Shown here piece by piece: positions 4,101 through 7,695 of a stretch of DNA of 7,695 nucleotides. A program made the translations under genes and the position numbers. The notes under the pieces are model-generated. The model was not told the DNA's origin and made no database searches. It was given only the letters and a program-made list of their open reading frames with translations. The stretch is from Zygophlyctis sp. KS116 (Eukaryota > Fungi > Chytridiomycota), in contig BAAFSQ010000402.1 of NCBI GenBank assembly GCA_054661495.1, positions 1-7,695 on the forward strand, written 5' to 3'. Every line of letters begins with the position of its first letter. The first letter of the stretch is position 1.

Positions 4101-7100
4101 GTATAGCGATGCCTCCCACTATATGGCGCCCTTGGCAAACGATAATATTTATGATGCAGGTTATAATTACACTCAAGAAGCTCACTATGTCCCAATGCCG
4201 ACTCAGCATGATATGGACCGAGCCCTTATGGCCTTGACTATAGCTCACCCCGAGAGCTATGTTGATATCTTGTCCCAGAATCTTGCAAACGTCAACTTTT
4301 CGAGTGAAGATGAACTCTCTTACGGTAATGTGGTGGTTGGCTTAGATGATGTATCTCATGATAACTCTAAGAGTGGGTCTGAAGCCTTAGTTAAACCCGA
4401 AGAGGAGGACCACGGCTCGGAAAGCGAATTTTTTAACTCAAATGAATTACCCGTGTCAACAAACTCCCTTCAGTCTTCTTTGACTGGAGAGGAAATGTAT
4501 CTTCAGCCAATTGTAGAGTTTAAGTTTCCTGCGAGTATTTTTTGCCCTTATTCCAAGACTTTGGATAAATCTCCAGCGGATTTCCGAAGTGAATATGATT
4601 CGATATTTGAGGAGATTCGTTTAATAAGGATAAGAGTAGTTCGCACACTCCCTAGAAGAGTTAGATCTTTATGGGCTTCCATTTTGAGAGAGGCCATGAA
4701 GCTTGTTATCCCAGGGATTTCGACTATCATGCAAGATTACATATGTTACCTAAATGTGTTCTACAGGCTAAACCAAAGAAAAAATCACATTTATCCACTA
4801 ACCAGTTCTTCCGGAGCCAAATGCTACAGTGGCAGAAATCTGAAACCGGCAAAGCTGCACTGTGGGATGAAGTCCGAAGATCTTCCATGGCTGAGAAAGA
4901 TGCTGAACAAACACAAAAATCAGATAAAGAGATTAAGATCCAGCTTATGCGAGAAAACGCTATTCGATCAGCTACCCTTGTACAAAACGGTCGTTTTTCA
5001 GCTGCTGCCCAGGCTTTGACGTCAAGTGGTGTTTTCTCTTATTCTGAACCGGTTATAAAGGAAAAAATTATTGCCAAGTTCCCAAATATTAATGACTTAG
5101 TTACGGATCATAGAGCCTCTTTCTTGGAATTCCCACCACCTTCTTCATGCTTCGAAGATGTCCTTATTGCGTCAGACGACATGGTAAAACAGTGTGTCGC
5201 CAGTAACGCTTAAGTCTCAGGCGGTGGATGCGATGTTCTCCTAGCAGAGCACTTACAAATTCTTTTGTACATGGATGAAAGTGTGGCGTCACAGAATTTG
5301 AAAGCAATCACCTCTCTTGTTAACCTTTACCTTTCTGGGAAGATCCCATGTACCTTATTCCCCTTTATAGGTTCGGCAAAGAAAGAGAAAGGTGCAGTTA
5401 GACCAATAGCGGTTGGAGAAATTTGGAGACGACTTGTTTCAAAAGTCGCAGCTAGAAGTGTGAAGGCTAAAGTGATGAAATACCTTAACCCTTATCAAGT
5501 AGGAGTTGGAGTCCCAAATGGCAGTGAAGGAATTGTCCATGCTGCAAAGCTAGTATACGATCGCTATAAGGATAGAAAAGATTATGGGATGCTCAATATT
5601 GATTATGAAAATGCATTCAATACAGTGTCCCGGAAAGCCTTTATGGAAGTGGTACAAAGAGTCTGCCCTGAAATCCTCCAGTGGGTGATACAGATCTACA
5701 GCCATGAAACATGGATGTTTGCGGGAGATACAGCATTCCCTTGTATCACTGGATTACAGCAAGGTGATCCACTATTGAAGGTCTTGATTTAAATGCATGG
5801 TATTTAGATGACGGAACTCTTATGGGTCTTATTCCTAATTTGATGGACGCATTGGATCTAATCTCAAAACAGTCTGATAAAGTGGAACTTAAATTAAACA
5901 TTAGAAAATGCGAAATCTGGTGGCCCACAATCGAAGCCCGTGACTTTTGCAAAAACGTGCAGATAAGATTAAAGAAAGTCTGGCTGCTGTGCAATACGTT
6001 GATGACCCTCAATGTGCTCTAATATTATTACGCTCTTGCTTAAGATAAATTTCGCTCTTAGGACCCTCCACATGTCCGAGGTGCATAAGGCTGTTCGGAA
6101 TATGGATGATGAAATTGATGGAGCCCTTAAAATTATCTTGGAGGCACAAAATCTCAGTAAGGACCAGAGAGACCAAGCTGCTTTACCTTTCCAAACTGGG
6201 TACCCGGGATTAGGTCTGCCAAAAGTTGGCCCTACATCCCACTGTGCTTACTTAGGTTCTGTTATTGCGTCCTTGAAAATTCAAGCAGAGTTACTTCTTC
6301 CCTCAGCCCAAATTTCTCAATAGAGGATTTCAGCAACTTTTAAAAAACCTCAGCATGAATTGTCATCCAAAATGGCTAAAGTGGCCAAAGATGCTCTGTT
6401 GAACCATTATAAAAATATGTTAAATTCTTCCGACAAAGACTGCGTATGACGGGCTTCAAAACCTAAATCGCCTCAAATCGTGTTGTCTTCCAGGAAGCAG
6501 TCAAGTTTTTAAAGTGGTTCCTCTTTTGGATCGCAGGTTATCTCCCCAGGAATTTCGCATATGGTCTAAACTCCGTTTGGGTTATCAAATTTTTAAAAAT
6601 GAAAAAGATTGCGAGTACAGTGAAGATATATCAGACATACATGGACAACATCTCCTCAAATGCGAAAGAGCTAAAAACAAGAGTCATTTCTATCGCCATA
6701 ATCGCTTCCGCGATGCAGTTGCAAATCTCTGCAGGGACATTGGGTGTCAGGTGGAAGTTGAAGCTAATAATTTGTTTGACTCGACTTCTGAAAGACCAGC
6801 TGATATATATGTTAATAATGATGATAAAAAGTTACGATTAGCCATAGATGTTTCTCTCACGTCTCCTCATATTGTAGACAACAAATCAGTTAATTCAGTT
6901 GAAGGATATGCAGCGAACAAGCGTCAGTTGGCAAAAGCTCAGAAATATGGCGATAGACTTAATAAGATTGGTATCACTTGCGCCCCCTCGTCCTGGAACA
7001 TTATGGAGGATACACGACGCAAACGGAAGCTGCCATTATCAATAAACTAGCCACAGCATGGGCCAAAAACCATTCTGCCTTTTCTTGGGATCATTGTAAA

Positions 7101-7190
7101 AGGAACGTGATTGATAGATTGACGGTCGAACATGCCAAGATCATAGCTAGATCATTTGTACAGCGTATTCGGCCAAAAGACACTAATAAT
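4039..7190 (+). mobile_element. CRE/SLACS/Cnl1-clade non-LTR retrotransposon (RT, zinc knuckle, restriction-like endonuclease), degenerate copy
   Basis: Motifs in clade order across broken frames: LPRRVRSLWA, LHMLPKCVL, GRFSAAAQALTS, SGGGCDVLLAEHL, KGAVRPIAVGEIWRRLVSK (~5390-5445), PYQVGVG..GSEGIVH, IDYENAFN, GLQQGDP (to 5771), WYLDDG (YLDD 5801-5812), LNIRKCE, DDPQCALILLRSC, QAALP..PGLG, NRLKS...FR..SKLRLG, C-x2-(S)...H..KC (6610-6663), RHN (6694-6702), RPADI (6793), IDVS, AKAQKY, PLVLEHYG. TAA at 5211-5213 and several frameshifts. The 5' boundary is undefined; clear similarity begins ~4600. Confidence 0.93.
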
Positions 7191-7582
7191 GATATCAATA
7201 CAGGCTTCTCAATGTATAATGGATCTTCAGGTTTCAAATTTTGGACTCATAAAGAAAAGTATAATAATCCAAAAGCTGCGATGGGCCCTCTATCCGAGTC
7301 CCTCAAGGTTGAATTGGATGTGGACCGGCAACATCAAGAGCAAGAATGGACGCCACCTGCTAATACCAGAGATTGAACAGCGGATATGGCTTCATGGGAT
7401 GCGTAAGGTGGTCATAAGATGAGTGGGTAATGCGATTGGTGGACTTTTTCTAGATTTATGGTGGATATCTCTTTCTTCTATTTCTACATCTCTAAATTGT
7501 GGAGCTTTTTCTCAATTCACATGTTCTATTATGCTAAAGTACAATAGCAACCCTTTTGATATTCATAAAATAATCCCTTGTT

Positions 7583-7620
7583 AATAAAAAAACCAGATAT
7601 TTTATAAAAAAGAAAAAAAA
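7583..7620 (+). other. A-rich tract with AATAAA (possible decayed poly(A) tail of the retroelement)
   Basis: TAATAAAAAAA...TTTATAAAAAAGAAAAAAAA, ~400 nt downstream of the endonuclease domain. No target-site duplication recognised. Confidence 0.35.
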
Positions 7621-7651
7621 CGTAAGTAGATGAGTAACAACTAGATTAAAG

Positions 7652-7695
7652 ATGGCCAAACAGCAGGAGCCTACACAGTCACAGACGCCTAATGT
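7652..7695 (+). CDS. possible start of a downstream gene (MAKQQEPTQSQTPN...), open to the window end
   Basis: ATG in AAAGATGG context, 7 nt after a 23-nt intron-like segment GTAAGTAGATGAGTAACAACTAG (7622-7644). Too short to identify. Confidence 0.25.
   Translation, partial: MAKQQEPTQSQTPN

Noticed and set aside
3967-5213. Alternative genetic code (TAA = Gln) to explain the in-frame TAA codons
   Set aside because: TAA is too rare in the long frames, CAA/CAG are used freely, and an intron, frameshifts and TGA stops explain the breaks.
5265-5830. Bacterial RT system (retron, DGR, group II intron, CRISPR-RT)
   Set aside because: The motifs and C-terminal zinc knuckle plus RLE are those of eukaryotic CRE elements; spliceosomal introns are nearby; no repeat array or template/variable repeat pair was seen.
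3907-6841. ORFs 3907..4248 (-), 4548..4730 (-), 5746..6012 (-) and 6599..6841 (+)
   Set aside because: Antisense or off-frame shadows of the retrotransposon ORF.

Overview
AT-rich eukaryotic DNA, probably from an early-diverging fungus-like organism (inferred from 23-31 nt spliceosomal introns together with Crypton and Crinkler-like genes). It reads as a transposon/effector graveyard that the ORF track mostly hides. (1) ~1-1537, minus strand: a Crypton (CryptonF/Ndc10-like) tyrosine-recombinase gene, visible only after removing about 9 tiny introns; it has damaged splice sites, an H->Q change in the HxxR motif and a late stop. (2) ~1616-2190, minus: a possible, very condensed Ty3/Gypsy pol remnant. 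(3) ~2284-2910, minus: a Crinkler (CRN)-like pseudogene with two header remnants fused to a REase-like tail. (4) ~2950-3700: a non-coding spacer with a TATA-like box, hairpins and small duplications. (5) ~3702-4100, plus: a zinc-finger fragment carrying a TACTAAC mini-intron candidate. (6) ~4039-7190, plus: a degenerate CRE/SLACS-clade non-LTR retrotransposon (RT, zinc knuckle, restriction-like endonuclease), followed by a possible RNase H scrap, an A-rich tract and a possible gene start. Every element is eroded by short internal deletions while motif order is kept. All family calls come from manual translation and remembered motif consensus; no searches were run.
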